From contig NZ_DASSCL010000012.1 in the NCBI RefSeq assembly GCF_035697785.1, forward strand, positions 736-64,735: a DNA stretch of 64,000 bases, read 5' to 3'. This document shows positions 9,274 to 18,760 of the stretch, in pieces. Position 1 is the stretch's first letter; every line of letters begins with the position of its first letter. Source of the DNA: Nocardioides sp. Lineage in GTDB: Bacteria > Actinomycetota > Actinomycetes > Propionibacteriales > Nocardioidaceae. The notes under the pieces are model-generated. The model saw nothing but the letters and a program-made list of their open reading frames with translations. It was not told where the DNA came from and searched no databases. The position numbers and the translations under genes were made by a program.

Positions 9274-9819
9274 ATGGGCACCATCGCAGTCCACGAGTTC
9301 ATCTCGCTCGACGGCGTGTTCGAGGATCCGTCCTGGACCTTCGACTACGGCTTCGACCCCGGGATGGGAGTGACGCTCGCCGGCATCACGAACGCCTCGA
9401 ACGCCATCCTGCTCGGCCGCCGCACCTACGAGATGTTCGCACCCGCCTGGTCCACCCGCACGGTCCAGGACGACCCTGGCGCACCGTTCTTCAACGAAAC
9501 CCACAAGTACGTCGTCGGCGCCCAGGAGCCCGACGTGGACTGGGGCCCGTCGACCCGCCTCGGCGCCTACCACCCGGACGCGATCCGCAAGCTCAAGGAC
9601 GACACCGACGGGGTGATCTACATCAGCGGCAGCGGACAGCTGGTCCGGGCGTTGCTCCAGGAGGCGCTGGTGGACGACCTGCACCTGTTCGTCTACCCCG
9701 TCGCCCTGGGGCAGGGCCGCCGGCTGTGGGACGACGGAGTCGACACGACCAGGCTCGCCCTCAAGGCCCACGACGTCTACGACAACGGCGTCGTCCACCT
9801 GGGCTACGGACCCGCCTGA
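9274..9819 (+). CDS. Dihydrofolate reductase family (RibD C-terminal) protein
   Basis: FISLDGV, LLGRRTYE, SGSGQLV, LVDDLHLFVYPVALGQGRRL; AAGGA RBS. Confidence 0.88.
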   Translation: MGTIAVHEFISLDGVFEDPSWTFDYGFDPGMGVTLAGITNASNAILLGRRTYEMFAPAWSTRTVQDDPGAPFFNETHKYVVGAQEPDVDWGPSTRLGAYHPDAIRKLKDDTDGVIYISGSGQLVRALLQEALVDDLHLFVYPVALGQGRRLWDDGVDTTRLALKAHDVYDNGVVHLGYGPA

Positions 9820-9881
9820 CCCGCGGCCGGGCCGCCGAGCCCGGCGAAACCGGGTGGCGGGTCACCGGCCGCCGCAGGATC

Positions 9882-10892
9882 ATGGGCGACGTGCATCCCC
9901 CGCGGACCGACCAGGACGGTGCCGTGGTGGAGATCGCCTGCGACGAGTCCGGCTCCGAGGGCGAGAAGCTGATCGGTGGCACCACCGACGTCTTCGCGCA
10001 CGCCAGCCTCGACGTGCACCACGACGTCGCGGTCGCCTGCATCGACGAGGTGCGGGTCCGGGCCCGTTCGCCTGCCGAGGAGCTGAAGGCCAGCGTCGTG
10101 CTGCGTGAGCAGAACCGGGCCGTGCTCGAGCACCTGCTCGGTCCCGAGGGCCCCTTCGACGGCAACGCCCACGTCCACCTCACCGACAAGGAGCTCTACC
10201 TCGTCGGCAAGCTCGTCGAGCTTCTCGGCGGCGGGGCCGTGGCCGACGTCGGGCCCCTGCACCACGAGGCCACCGCCGTGCTCGGACAGAGGTGGATCGG
10301 GCTGCTCGCGTCGTTCAACGACCTGATGCGCGCCCGGACGGTGGAGGACGCCCGGTCGTTCGCGGACCGGTTCTTCGCCGCGGCCGACGAGGTCGCCCGG
10401 TCGGCCGACGGTACGACGGTCGGGGCGACCGTGGCCGGGCTCGCGACGGCTCGCCCACGTGACGACGCGGCGCTTCTCCATCTGCTCGACAAGTCCCGCG
10501 GTGTGACCGTGCTGGACCCGCTGGTGCCCGCCCTCGCCGCCGCCGTCCGGCACTGGGCCGCGGACGGCCGCACCGTCTCGGTGGTCCACGACGAGCACCG
10601 CGCGCTGCGGGAGGCCGGGCTCGGCCACCTCCGGGCGCTGAGCGGAGTCGACGGTGCGCTCGCCGGCATCCGGTTCGTGGACTCCCGCGACGACCCCCGG
10701 GTCCAGCTCGTGGACTTCCTCGCCGGGGCGGCCCGGCGGATCGCCTCCGACGCGCGGAACGGCCGGGCGGACCCGGTGCTCTGCGACCTGCTGCGTCCCT
10801 ATGTGGACGCGGCCTCGGTCTGGGTGGACCTGCCGGACGGCGTCACGCTCGTCGGACGCGCGTCCGACGGCGCGACCGCGTCCCGCACCTGA
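9882..10892 (+). CDS. DUF3800-like protein (RNase H-like acidic motifs)
   Basis: IACDESG near the N-terminus, ELKA, VVHDE, VDSRDDPRVQLVDFLAG near the C-terminus. Confidence 0.6.
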   Translation: MGDVHPPRTDQDGAVVEIACDESGSEGEKLIGGTTDVFAHASLDVHHDVAVACIDEVRVRARSPAEELKASVVLREQNRAVLEHLLGPEGPFDGNAHVHLTDKELYLVGKLVELLGGGAVADVGPLHHEATAVLGQRWIGLLASFNDLMRARTVEDARSFADRFFAAADEVARSADGTTVGATVAGLATARPRDDAALLHLLDKSRGVTVLDPLVPALAAAVRHWAADGRTVSVVHDEHRALREAGLGHLRALSGVDGALAGIRFVDSRDDPRVQLVDFLAGAARRIASDARNGRADPVLCDLLRPYVDAASVWVDLPDGVTLVGRASDGATASRT

Positions 10893-10918
10893 CATCGGCT
10901 CCCTGCCACGATGGGCGC

Positions 10919-11740
10919 ATGCACCACGCAGTCGGCCGCCCGCAGGTCGTCGCCCACCGAGGCTCCAGCTTCAGCGCCGCCGAGCACACCCTCGGCGCGT
11001 ACGTGAAGGCGCTGGACGAAGGGGCCGAGGGTCTCGAGTGCGACGTACGCCTCACGGCCGACGGGCACCTCGTCTGCGTCCACGACCGCCGCGTCGACCG
11101 GGTCGCCAACGCGCGCGGCGTCGTCTCGGCGATGCAGCTCGCCCAGCTCGACGAGCTCGACTTCGCCTCGTGGAAGAACCCGTGGGCGGACCTCGACGAC
11201 GAGGCCCCGGAGATCGACGAGGAGACCCGGCGGGTGCTGACCCTGCGGCGGCTGGTGGAGGCCGCCCGCGACTACGACCGGCCGGTTGACCTGGCCATCG
11301 AGACCAAGCACCCGACCCGGTACGCCGGCCTGGTGGAGCGCCGGCTGGTGCAGCTCCTCGACGAGTTCGGCTGGGCCGGCGCCGACTCCCCGGCCCGGGT
11401 GATGAGCTTCTCCTGGCTCGCCCTGACCCGGGTCAAGAAGCTCGCCCCCGACCTCGACGTGGTGTTCCTGCTGGACCGCCAGCACTCCTGGCTGCTGGCC
11501 AAGGAGGTCACCTCGGAGGGCTGGGCCGCAGGGCCGGGCATCGACTTCCTCAAGGAGAACCCGCGGGTCGGAAAGTGGCTGCGCAAGCTGGGGCGGAGGA
11601 TGCACGTGTGGACGGTGAACACCGAGCAGGACCTCGACCTGTGCATGGACCTCGGGGTCGAGGTGGTCATCACCGACCGTCCGGCGATGGCGATCCGGCA
11701 CCTGGACGGGGGAGGCGACCCGACCCGGCCGTCGGGGTGA
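10919..11740 (+). CDS. Glycerophosphodiester phosphodiesterase
   Basis: VAHRG, EHTLGAY, ECDVRLTADG..VCVHD, IETKH, WTVN, IITDRP-like motif. Confidence 0.92.
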   Translation: MHHAVGRPQVVAHRGSSFSAAEHTLGAYVKALDEGAEGLECDVRLTADGHLVCVHDRRVDRVANARGVVSAMQLAQLDELDFASWKNPWADLDDEAPEIDEETRRVLTLRRLVEAARDYDRPVDLAIETKHPTRYAGLVERRLVQLLDEFGWAGADSPARVMSFSWLALTRVKKLAPDLDVVFLLDRQHSWLLAKEVTSEGWAAGPGIDFLKENPRVGKWLRKLGRRMHVWTVNTEQDLDLCMDLGVEVVITDRPAMAIRHLDGGGDPTRPSG

Positions 11741-11836
11741 GGCAGGCCACGGCCGCCCCTGCGTTTGCGCCCGGGGCGGGCGGGCACACTGTCGTCGGGA
11801 GAGTGAGACCTGACCAGACGGCATTGGGGGTTGAAT

Positions 11837-12250
11837 GTGGGCACCAGCTCGCTACGAGCCGGACGCGCGCCCGTGACGATGCGTGTGCCCTTCGCGGCCT
11901 CCTCCGTCCCCGTCGCACGACAGCGCCTCAGGTCCTGGCTCAGCGAGAGCGGGACCCCCACCGACGTCATCGACGACGCCCGGATCATCATCTCCGAGCT
12001 CGTGGCCAACTCCGTCCGGCACGCCCAGCCGCTGCCCGGCGGTGACATCGAGATCACCTGGCGTCTCGAGCGACGGGGTCTCGCGATCGCGGTCAGCGAC
12101 GGTGGCGCCGGGACCCGCCCCCGCAAAGTGCAGGCGGCGTCGTCGGCGCTCGCCGGCCGGGGCATGGCGATCGTCGAGTCCCTCGCGGTCACCTGGTGGT
12201 CCGACCAGAGCCGCTCCCGGTCCACGGTGCACGCCATCCTGGCCGTCTGA
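11837..12250 (+). CDS. Anti-sigma-factor-like ATP-binding protein (HATPase_c)
   Basis: SELVANSVRHA N-box, VSDGG, GRGMAIV; GGGGG element 6 nt upstream of the GTG; start uncertain. Confidence 0.85.
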   Translation: MGTSSLRAGRAPVTMRVPFAASSVPVARQRLRSWLSESGTPTDVIDDARIIISELVANSVRHAQPLPGGDIEITWRLERRGLAIAVSDGGAGTRPRKVQAASSALAGRGMAIVESLAVTWWSDQSRSRSTVHAILAV

Positions 12251-12307
12251 CCCGCGGCCCGTCCCGCGGTTCATCGCGCCCGGCAGTGGCTCAGTAGGGT
12301 CGGGCGC

Positions 12308-13252
12308 ATGGGTAAGAAGTCACGGGTCAAGAACCGCCAGGAGCATGCCGACCGTCCCGAGGGCGAGGTCGGGCCCCGTCGGCCGTGCCCGTGCGGGTCC
12401 GGCCGCCGCTACAAGGCCTGCCACGGCAGCGCCGACGGCCCGGCCCCGACGTACGTCGCCCGTCCCTTCGAAGGCCTTGCCGGCGAGGCGGACATCATCG
12501 CGATGCGGGAGATCGTCCCTGCGGCCACCGCGCCCGTGCGGCTGCGCGAGGGCGACCGCTCCGTGGTGCTCTGCTCGCTGCTCCCGGGGGCCGCGCCCGC
12601 CCTGGTCCGGCAGGACGGCACGATCTGGCTGGGCCTGCAGGTGCAGCACGCGTTCGGCGACCCGAGCCGGGACCTCGCCGCGGTGCTGGAGAAGGCGCTC
12701 GACGCCGAGCCGGGCGACGTCGTCGGGCTGACCACGGCGCCGGGCGAGGGCGACCGGCTGCAGGACCTGCTCACCGACGATCCGGTCGAGGTCACCGTGC
12801 ACGGCGGGTTCGACTTCTGGGTGGCCGACGTGGACGACCCGACCGGCGCGGTCGCGGCATCCCTGGAGGCGGCCAACGCGGCGGCCCACCCGAGCGTCCG
12901 GCTCGAGTCCGTCGACGCGGCGTACTGGACCGACGTGACCACCAAGGAGCACCTGCGCTGGGTGATGCCGCACGACGACGAGGAGCGGCTGCTGACCGGC
13001 CTCGCCCGGCTGCACGCGGCCGGCAAGGACTCGCTGGTGGAGGGGGCCCGGCTGGTGGGGATGTTCCGCACGCAGGGCGTGCTGGTGCCGGTCTGGGACC
13101 TGCCGCTCGGCACCGGCGCCGAGGCGCTGGAGAAGCCCGCGGCCAGGTTCGCCGAGGACCTCGCCGCCGCCCTCGCCGACGACGGGCCGCTCACGCCGGA
13201 GGAGCGGTCGGCGCGGAGTGGACTGGCCAACCGGCAGCTGACGATCCGGTAG
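12308..13252 (+). CDS. SEC-C motif / DUF5926 family protein
   Basis: CPCGSGRRYKACHG SEC-C motif, RPFEGL, HLRWV, ARSGLANRQLTIR C-terminus. Confidence 0.85.
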   Translation: MGKKSRVKNRQEHADRPEGEVGPRRPCPCGSGRRYKACHGSADGPAPTYVARPFEGLAGEADIIAMREIVPAATAPVRLREGDRSVVLCSLLPGAAPALVRQDGTIWLGLQVQHAFGDPSRDLAAVLEKALDAEPGDVVGLTTAPGEGDRLQDLLTDDPVEVTVHGGFDFWVADVDDPTGAVAASLEAANAAAHPSVRLESVDAAYWTDVTTKEHLRWVMPHDDEERLLTGLARLHAAGKDSLVEGARLVGMFRTQGVLVPVWDLPLGTGAEALEKPAARFAEDLAAALADDGPLTPEERSARSGLANRQLTIR

Positions 13253-13371
13253 CGCATGACGACGAATTCCTCGCAGTCGGACTAGACCGGCTGAGGAGAA
13301 TCGGCGTGACACCCGCCATATTGCGCCGGTTCAGTTGATCGACAGGTCGCGTCCACGTAGATTTCTTCTTG

Positions 13372-13419
13372 CCCGGTCGTTGTTGTATCCCCCGTCAGCA
13401 ACGGCCGGGTTTTCATTTT
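13372..13419 (+). terminator. Intrinsic terminator hairpin with C-rich loop (possible 3' end of an sRNA)
   Basis: 14-bp stem CCCGGTCGTTGTTG/CAGCAACGGCCGGG, loop TATCCCCCGT, followed by TTTTCATTTT. Confidence 0.75.
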
Positions 13420-13433
13420 GCCGCCGGCCGGAT

Positions 13434-14678
13434 TCAGCCCCGCAGCGGCTCCCGCGAGACCGGGCACGACATGCAGCGCGGCCCGCCGCGGCCGGACCCC
13501 AGCTCGGAGCCGGCGATCGCGACGACCTCGATGCCGGCCTGCTCGAGCCGGCTGTTGGTCTCGATGTTGCGCTCGTAGGCGACCGCGACCCGGGGCGAGA
13601 TCGCGAGCGTGTTGTTGCCGTCGTCCCACTGCTCGCGCTCGGCGGTCACGGGGTCGAGGCCGGTGTCGATCTGGTGGAGCGTGTCGATGCTCATCGCCTT
13701 CGCGGCGGCGACCAGGAACGGCTCCGCCACGGCCGTCCGCAGCACCAGGTCGGCGTCGGTGTCGCCCTCGCGGCCGACGCAGGTGACGGTGTAGGCCCGC
13801 AGGCTGTCGGCCACATTGGGGTACATCACGATCTTGTCGACGTCGACCATCGTGCAGACCGTGTCGAGGTGCATGGTGGCGCGCTCCTGGGCGATCGGCA
13901 CGGCCAGCACCGTATGGGCGAGGTCGGCGGCGAACACCTGGCGCGCGAGCCGCTCGGCACCAGCGGGCGTGGTGCGCTCGCCGACGCCGATGGCGATGAC
14001 GCCGGGAGCGAGCAGCAGCACGTCGCCGCCCTCAACGTGCTCGCGCTGCCAACCGTGCAGCTTCGGCGTACCGGCGAACCGGGCGTTCTCGCTGTAGATC
14101 AGGTCGGTCAGCTGGGTCTCGCGCTCCCGGGCCGGCATGGCCAGCGAGGTGATCGCGACCCGGTCGCCGATCCACACGCTGGAGTCGCGGGTGAACAGCA
14201 GGTTGGGCAGCGGGTCGATGAGGAAGTCGTCGCTGGCGAGGAGGCTGGTGACCAGCCCGTGGCCGCCGCGCACCTCGTCGTTGCGCACCCCGGCGGTGAG
14301 GAACGCCGCGAGCTCGTCGGGGGCCTGGTCGTGGAGCGCCTGGTTGAGGTAGCGGCGCAGCGTGTCACCCAGGTGCAGGCTCGCCATCGCGCCGGAGATC
14401 GCGCGGTCGCGGGCGTCGGGGCTCTGCAACGTCTCGACCAGCAGGTCCATGAGGTACAGCACTTCGACGTCGCGGGCGCGCAACGCCTCGGCGAACGCGT
14501 CGTGCTCGTCCTGCGCGCGGCCGATCCAGGGGATGCCGTCGAAAAGGAGCTTGTCGTTGTTGCGTGGGGTGAGCCGCTTCAGCTCGGGACCGGGCCGGTG
14601 CAGCATCACCGTGCGCAACCGGCCGACCTCGCTGTCCGCCCCGTGGAGTCGGTCAGGTGCAGCGGCGTCCGTGCTCAT
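13434..14678 (-). CDS. arcA: Arginine deiminase
   Basis: [59 protein letters not shown]. Confidence 0.96.
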   Translation of the reverse strand: MSTDAAAPDRLHGADSEVGRLRTVMLHRPGPELKRLTPRNNDKLLFDGIPWIGRAQDEHDAFAEALRARDVEVLYLMDLLVETLQSPDARDRAISGAMASLHLGDTLRRYLNQALHDQAPDELAAFLTAGVRNDEVRGGHGLVTSLLASDDFLIDPLPNLLFTRDSSVWIGDRVAITSLAMPARERETQLTDLIYSENARFAGTPKLHGWQREHVEGGDVLLLAPGVIAIGVGERTTPAGAERLARQVFAADLAHTVLAVPIAQERATMHLDTVCTMVDVDKIVMYPNVADSLRAYTVTCVGREGDTDADLVLRTAVAEPFLVAAAKAMSIDTLHQIDTGLDPVTAEREQWDDGNNTLAISPRVAVAYERNIETNSRLEQAGIEVVAIAGSELGSGRGGPRCMSCPVSREPLRG

Positions 14679-14729
14679 GCGCGAAGCGTAACGGCCGATC
14701 CGGGCCACCTCGGCTGCCCGGTGTCGGCG

Positions 14730-15341
14730 TCAGGCGACCACCAGCTCGTACACCGTCAGGGCCGCCAGGACCAGGCAGACCGCAGCACCGACGTAGTGCA
14801 GCACCGAGAGCTTCAGATAGCGCAACAGCACCCTGCCGGCGAGCACCGCGAGCCCGGACACCGTGAGCAGCGCCGCCCAGGCGCCGAGGAACACCGACAG
14901 GTTGTCCTCGTACTTCGTCACCAGGCTGATCGTCAGCAGCTGGGACAGGTCGCCCCACTCGGCGGCGAACAGGATCAGGAACGAGGCCACGGCCGCCTTG
15001 ACGAACGACTTCGTCCCCTCGGCGCCGGCCTTCGCGGCGTACTCCTCCTCCTGTTCCTTCTCGCTCGCGTCCGCCCCGGGCGCGGTGCGCACGAGCACCA
15101 CGGCGCCGGCGAGGAAGATCAGCAGCGCCGCGGTGCGGATCACCGCATCGGGCAGCAGGGTGGCGAGCGCGCCGGCCGTGACAGCCACCCCGGTCTGCAC
15201 GGCGAACGCGAGTCCGACGCCCACCCACACCGCGAGCGGCCGGAACCGCGTCGACAGCACGAGGGCCGCGATGAAGGTCTTGTCGGGCAGTTCGACGAGG
15301 AAGATCGTGCCGAAGGCGATCGCGGCGACGGTCAGGTCCAC
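14730..15341 (-). CDS. TMEM165/GDT1 (UPF0016) cation transporter
   Basis: Two signature motifs, ELPDKT and EWGDLSQ; about six TM segments; overlaps the larC stop. Confidence 0.9.
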   Translation of the reverse strand: MDLTVAAIAFGTIFLVELPDKTFIAALVLSTRFRPLAVWVGVGLAFAVQTGVAVTAGALATLLPDAVIRTAALLIFLAGAVVLVRTAPGADASEKEQEEEYAAKAGAEGTKSFVKAAVASFLILFAAEWGDLSQLLTISLVTKYEDNLSVFLGAWAALLTVSGLAVLAGRVLLRYLKLSVLHYVGAAVCLVLAALTVYELVVA

Positions 15342-16519
15342 GCGCGCCCCTCGGTGGCGGCGACCGCGGCGGCGAGCACGTCCCTGACGGGGCGTCCGGT
15401 GCTGGCGGCGACCCGGGCCACGTCCTCGTACTCGGGCTGGGCGTTGACGACCTGGCCGTCGAGCCGCGCGAGCTTCACCGCGATGTCGTGGCCGTCCACC
15501 TGCACGGCGCGCATCTCTCGGTCGAGCGCGACCTTGCCGATGCGCACCTCGCGGACCCCGATCGTCGAGGTGTGCCGGAACACCGCCCGCCGGACCGCGT
15601 CGGCCCGCTCGGCCGAGACGAGGGCGTGCAGCGTGTGCGCCGGCCGGCCCTTCTTCATCAGGATGGGGGTCAGCCAGGCGTCGCTGGCGCCGGCCTCGAG
15701 CAGGGCGGCGAGGACGCTCGGCCACAGGCGCGGGTCGAGGTCGTCGACGTTGGTCTCGATGACCAGCGGCCCGGCTTCCGAGACAGAGCCCGTCGCGGTC
15801 TCCTCGCCCACCAGCAGCCGCAGCACGTTGGCGTGGCCCGCGGGGTCGCGGCTCCCCGCTCCGACCCCGATCGACGTGACGGTCATGGCCGGTTGCGGGC
15901 CGTACGCCGTCGCGTGGCTGACCAGCAGCGCGGCTCCGGTGGGGGTGCACAGCTCCATCGCCGGGGCGGTCGCCGGTCCGGCGTACGACGGGACGCCGCG
16001 GAGCAGCTCGGCGACGGCCGGCGGCGGCACCGGCATCGATCCGTGCGCGCCCCGGACGCTGCCGGAGCCGACCGCCACCGGCGAGACGACCAGTCGGTCC
16101 AGCCCGAGGTGGACGAGGCCGGCGCTGACGCCGACCACGTCGGCGATCGCGTCGAGGGCGCCCACCTCGTGGAAGTGCACGTCGTCGGGGTCGGTGCCGT
16201 GCACCGCCGCCTCGGCGACCGCGAGCCGGTCGAAGGTGTCGTGCGCGCGCACCCGGACGTCCTCGTGCAGTCCGGCCTCGGCCAGGAGGGAGCGGACGTC
16301 AGCCCAGGTGCGGTGCGTGACGCTGTCCGCCACCTCGACGTGGCACCGGGTCGCCGCGAACCCGTTGCGGTTCACGCGTGCGGGGACGATCGCGATGTGC
16401 TCGGGCGCCACCTTCTCGACCGCCTCCGCGACCACCCCGACCGGCACTCCGGCCCCCACCAGCGCACCGAGCAGCATGTCGCCGCTCGCCCCCGACGACG
16501 CGTCCACCCAGCCGATCAC
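15332..16519 (-). CDS. larC: Nickel pincer cofactor biosynthesis nickel insertase
   Basis: SGASGDMLLGAL, HFHEVGALDAIAD, ELCTPTGAAL, ETNVDD, MKKGRP, PEYED. Confidence 0.93.
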   Translation of the reverse strand: MIGWVDASSGASGDMLLGALVGAGVPVGVVAEAVEKVAPEHIAIVPARVNRNGFAATRCHVEVADSVTHRTWADVRSLLAEAGLHEDVRVRAHDTFDRLAVAEAAVHGTDPDDVHFHEVGALDAIADVVGVSAGLVHLGLDRLVVSPVAVGSGSVRGAHGSMPVPPPAVAELLRGVPSYAGPATAPAMELCTPTGAALLVSHATAYGPQPAMTVTSIGVGAGSRDPAGHANVLRLLVGEETATGSVSEAGPLVIETNVDDLDPRLWPSVLAALLEAGASDAWLTPILMKKGRPAHTLHALVSAERADAVRRAVFRHTSTIGVREVRIGKVALDREMRAVQVDGHDIAVKLARLDGQVVNAQPEYEDVARVAASTGRPVRDVLAAAVAATEGRAWT

Positions 16520-17277
16520 GGCGCCGAACCCCGATTCGTCTGCGACTCATGGGGTGATTCACGCGGGTGGTTCGCAGACGAATCGTGGTGGGGGCGCGCG
16601 TTGCGGGCCACCCGGGCGGCGAACACGCCGGCGCCGAAGCCGTTGTCGATGTTCACGACGGTGACTCCCGGCGCGCACGAGTTGAGCATCCCGAGCAGCG
16701 CGGCGATCCCGCCGAACGAGGCGCCGTAGCCGACGCTGGTGGGGACCGCCACGAGCGGTGTGCCGGTCAGGCCGCCGACCACGCTGGGCAGCGCGCCCTC
16801 CATGCCGGCCACCACGACCAGGCAGTCGGCCGCGTCGAGGTCCGCGCGCACCGCCAGCACCCGGTGCAGGCCGGCCACCCCGACGTCGTTGACCCGGATC
16901 GTCCCGGCGCCGTAGACGCGGGCGGTCAGGGCCGCCTCGGCGGCGACGGGCGCGTCCGACGTACCTGCCGAGAGCACCGCGACCAGACCGGCCGGCTCGG
17001 GCAGCGGACCGACGGTGACGGCGCGGGCCTCGGGGTCGAGGACGGCGTCGGGTACGTCGGAGGCGACCGCGGTCATCGCGTCGTCCGCGAGCCGGGTCGC
17101 CAGCACGGCCCGCTCGGGATGGGCGGCGCGGAGCGCGCGGAGGATGCCGACCACCTGCGCGGGGGTCTTGCCCGCGCCGTACACCACCTCGGGGTCACCC
17201 GTGCGGGCCGCGCGGCCGGTGTCGAGCCGGGCGTAGCCCAGGTCGTGGATCCGCGAGTCGGGGGAGTGGTCGGGCAC
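16516..17277 (-). CDS. larB: Nickel pincer cofactor biosynthesis carboxylase/hydrolase
   Basis: PEVVYGAGKT, AGTSD, DVGVAGLHR, AGMEGALPSV, VPTSVGYGA, NSCAPGVTVVNIDNGFGA. Confidence 0.94.
   Translation of the reverse strand: MPDHSPDSRIHDLGYARLDTGRAARTGDPEVVYGAGKTPAQVVGILRALRAAHPERAVLATRLADDAMTAVASDVPDAVLDPEARAVTVGPLPEPAGLVAVLSAGTSDAPVAAEAALTARVYGAGTIRVNDVGVAGLHRVLAVRADLDAADCLVVVAGMEGALPSVVGGLTGTPLVAVPTSVGYGASFGGIAALLGMLNSCAPGVTVVNIDNGFGAGVFAARVARNARPHHDSSANHPRESPHESQTNRGSAP
16531..16586. repeat. 56-bp hairpin element (CCGAT...ATCG class) inside the larB 3' end
   Basis: Perfect 14-bp inverted repeat CGATTCGTCTGCGA (16532-16545) / TCGCAGACGAATCG (16572-16585). Confidence 0.7.
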
Positions 17278-17359
17278 GGCCCCGAATCTATCCGGCGCCC
17301 GGGCGACCGCGGTGCGGGGATCTCGACGGGTCTGGGAGACCGACCCCTACGCTGACGGC

Positions 17360-18298
17360 ATGCCCGGAGTCCCGCCCGCCCGCTACGCCTACCTCGGTCC
17401 CGAGGGGACGTTCACCGAGCAGGCCCTGCGCGGCCTCCCGGCGGCCGCCCGGGCCGAGCTGCAGCCGTGCTCCACCGTCACCCTGGCGCTCGACGCGGTG
17501 CGTGGCGGCGAGGCCGACGGCGCGGTCGTGCCCATCGAGAACTCCGTCGAGGGGTCCGTGCCGGTCACGCTCGACGAGCTCGCCACCGGCGAGCCGCTGA
17601 TGATCACGCGCGAGATGACCGTGCCGATCGCGTTCAGCCTGCTGGCCCGGTCGGGCACCAAGCCTGACGACATCCGCCGGGTGGCAACCCACCCGCACGC
17701 CGCCGCCCAGACGCGCCGCTGGGTGGCGCTGCACCTGCCGGCCGCCCACGTGATGCACACCACGTCGACCGCCCAGGCGGCGTTCATGCTCACCCGCGAC
17801 GACGCCGACTGGGACGCCGCGATCTCCGCGCCGGTCGCGGCCGAGCACTACCGGCTGGCGACATTGGCCGAGGGGATCGCGGACAACCCGGACGCGCTGA
17901 CCCGGTTCGTGCTGGTCTCCCGGCCGGGGTCGCCGCCACCGCCCACCGGCCGCGACAAGACGTCGCTGGTGGCGTTCATGCGCGACGACCATCCGGGCGC
18001 GCTGATGGAGATCCTCGACCAGCTCACCATGCGCGGCGTGAACCTGACCCGCATCGAGTCGCGACCGACCGGTGCCGTGCTCGGCGACTACTGCTTCTCG
18101 ATCGACTGCGAGGGCCACGTCGAGGACGCCCGAGTCGGTGAGGCGCTGATGGGGCTGCGCCGGGTCTGCGCCGACGTCCGGTTCCTCGGCTCCTACGAGC
18201 GCCACGACGGCGTCGCCCCGACGATCCGGCCGGGTACGTCGGACCGGGAGTTCCTCGACGCGGCCGCGTGGCTCGCGCGCCTCCGCAACGGAGGCTGA
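17360..18298 (+). CDS. pheA: Prephenate dehydratase
   Basis: YLGPEGTFTEQA, VPIENSVEG, TRF motif, ACT domain with NLTRIESRP. Confidence 0.96.
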   Translation: MPGVPPARYAYLGPEGTFTEQALRGLPAAARAELQPCSTVTLALDAVRGGEADGAVVPIENSVEGSVPVTLDELATGEPLMITREMTVPIAFSLLARSGTKPDDIRRVATHPHAAAQTRRWVALHLPAAHVMHTTSTAQAAFMLTRDDADWDAAISAPVAAEHYRLATLAEGIADNPDALTRFVLVSRPGSPPPPTGRDKTSLVAFMRDDHPGALMEILDQLTMRGVNLTRIESRPTGAVLGDYCFSIDCEGHVEDARVGEALMGLRRVCADVRFLGSYERHDGVAPTIRPGTSDREFLDAAAWLARLRNGG

Positions 18299-18321
18299 CC
18301 CCGGCTCTAGCCTGAGCAGCG

Positions 18322-18741
18322 ATGAACGACTCGCTCCTCCTCGCGCTGGCCGTGTTGGCCCTCCTGCTGGCGCTGGCCGCACTGCTGGTCGCGCTCTCCG
18401 CGTCGCGCCGGGCCAGCCGCCGCTCCCGGCGTACCCGCCGTGCCCCGGAGCTGCCGACCGACGTCCAGGGCCTGCGCGGCGAGGTGCACGCCCTGCGCGC
18501 GGAGGTGTCCGACGCGCTCCGGCACCTGTCCGTGGTCCGCTACGACGCCTTCGGCGACATGGGCGGACACCTGTCCTGGTCGCTGGCGCTCGTCGACGAC
18601 GCCGGCACGGGAGTCGTCCTCACGTCGATCCACGGGCGCAGCGACGCCCGCACCTACGCCAAGGGCGTGACCGAGTGGAGCTGCGACCAGCAGCTCTCCC
18701 CGGAGGAGGAAGAGGCGATCAAGCTCGCCCGCACCGGCTGA
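18322..18741 (+). CDS. DUF4446 family protein
   Basis: N-terminal TM segment, VVRYDAFGDMGGHLSWSLAL, GRSDARTYAK, LSPEE. Confidence 0.85.
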   Translation: MNDSLLLALAVLALLLALAALLVALSASRRASRRSRRTRRAPELPTDVQGLRGEVHALRAEVSDALRHLSVVRYDAFGDMGGHLSWSLALVDDAGTGVVLTSIHGRSDARTYAKGVTEWSCDQQLSPEEEEAIKLARTG

Positions 18742-18760
18742 GCCGACACGGCGGGCACAC

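Noticed and set aside
13335-16664. 1109-aa plus-strand ORF and many other long overlapping ORFs (e.g. 36438..39140, 22492..24951)
   Set aside because: These are high-GC shadow frames overlapping well-supported genes, with no recognisable motifs.
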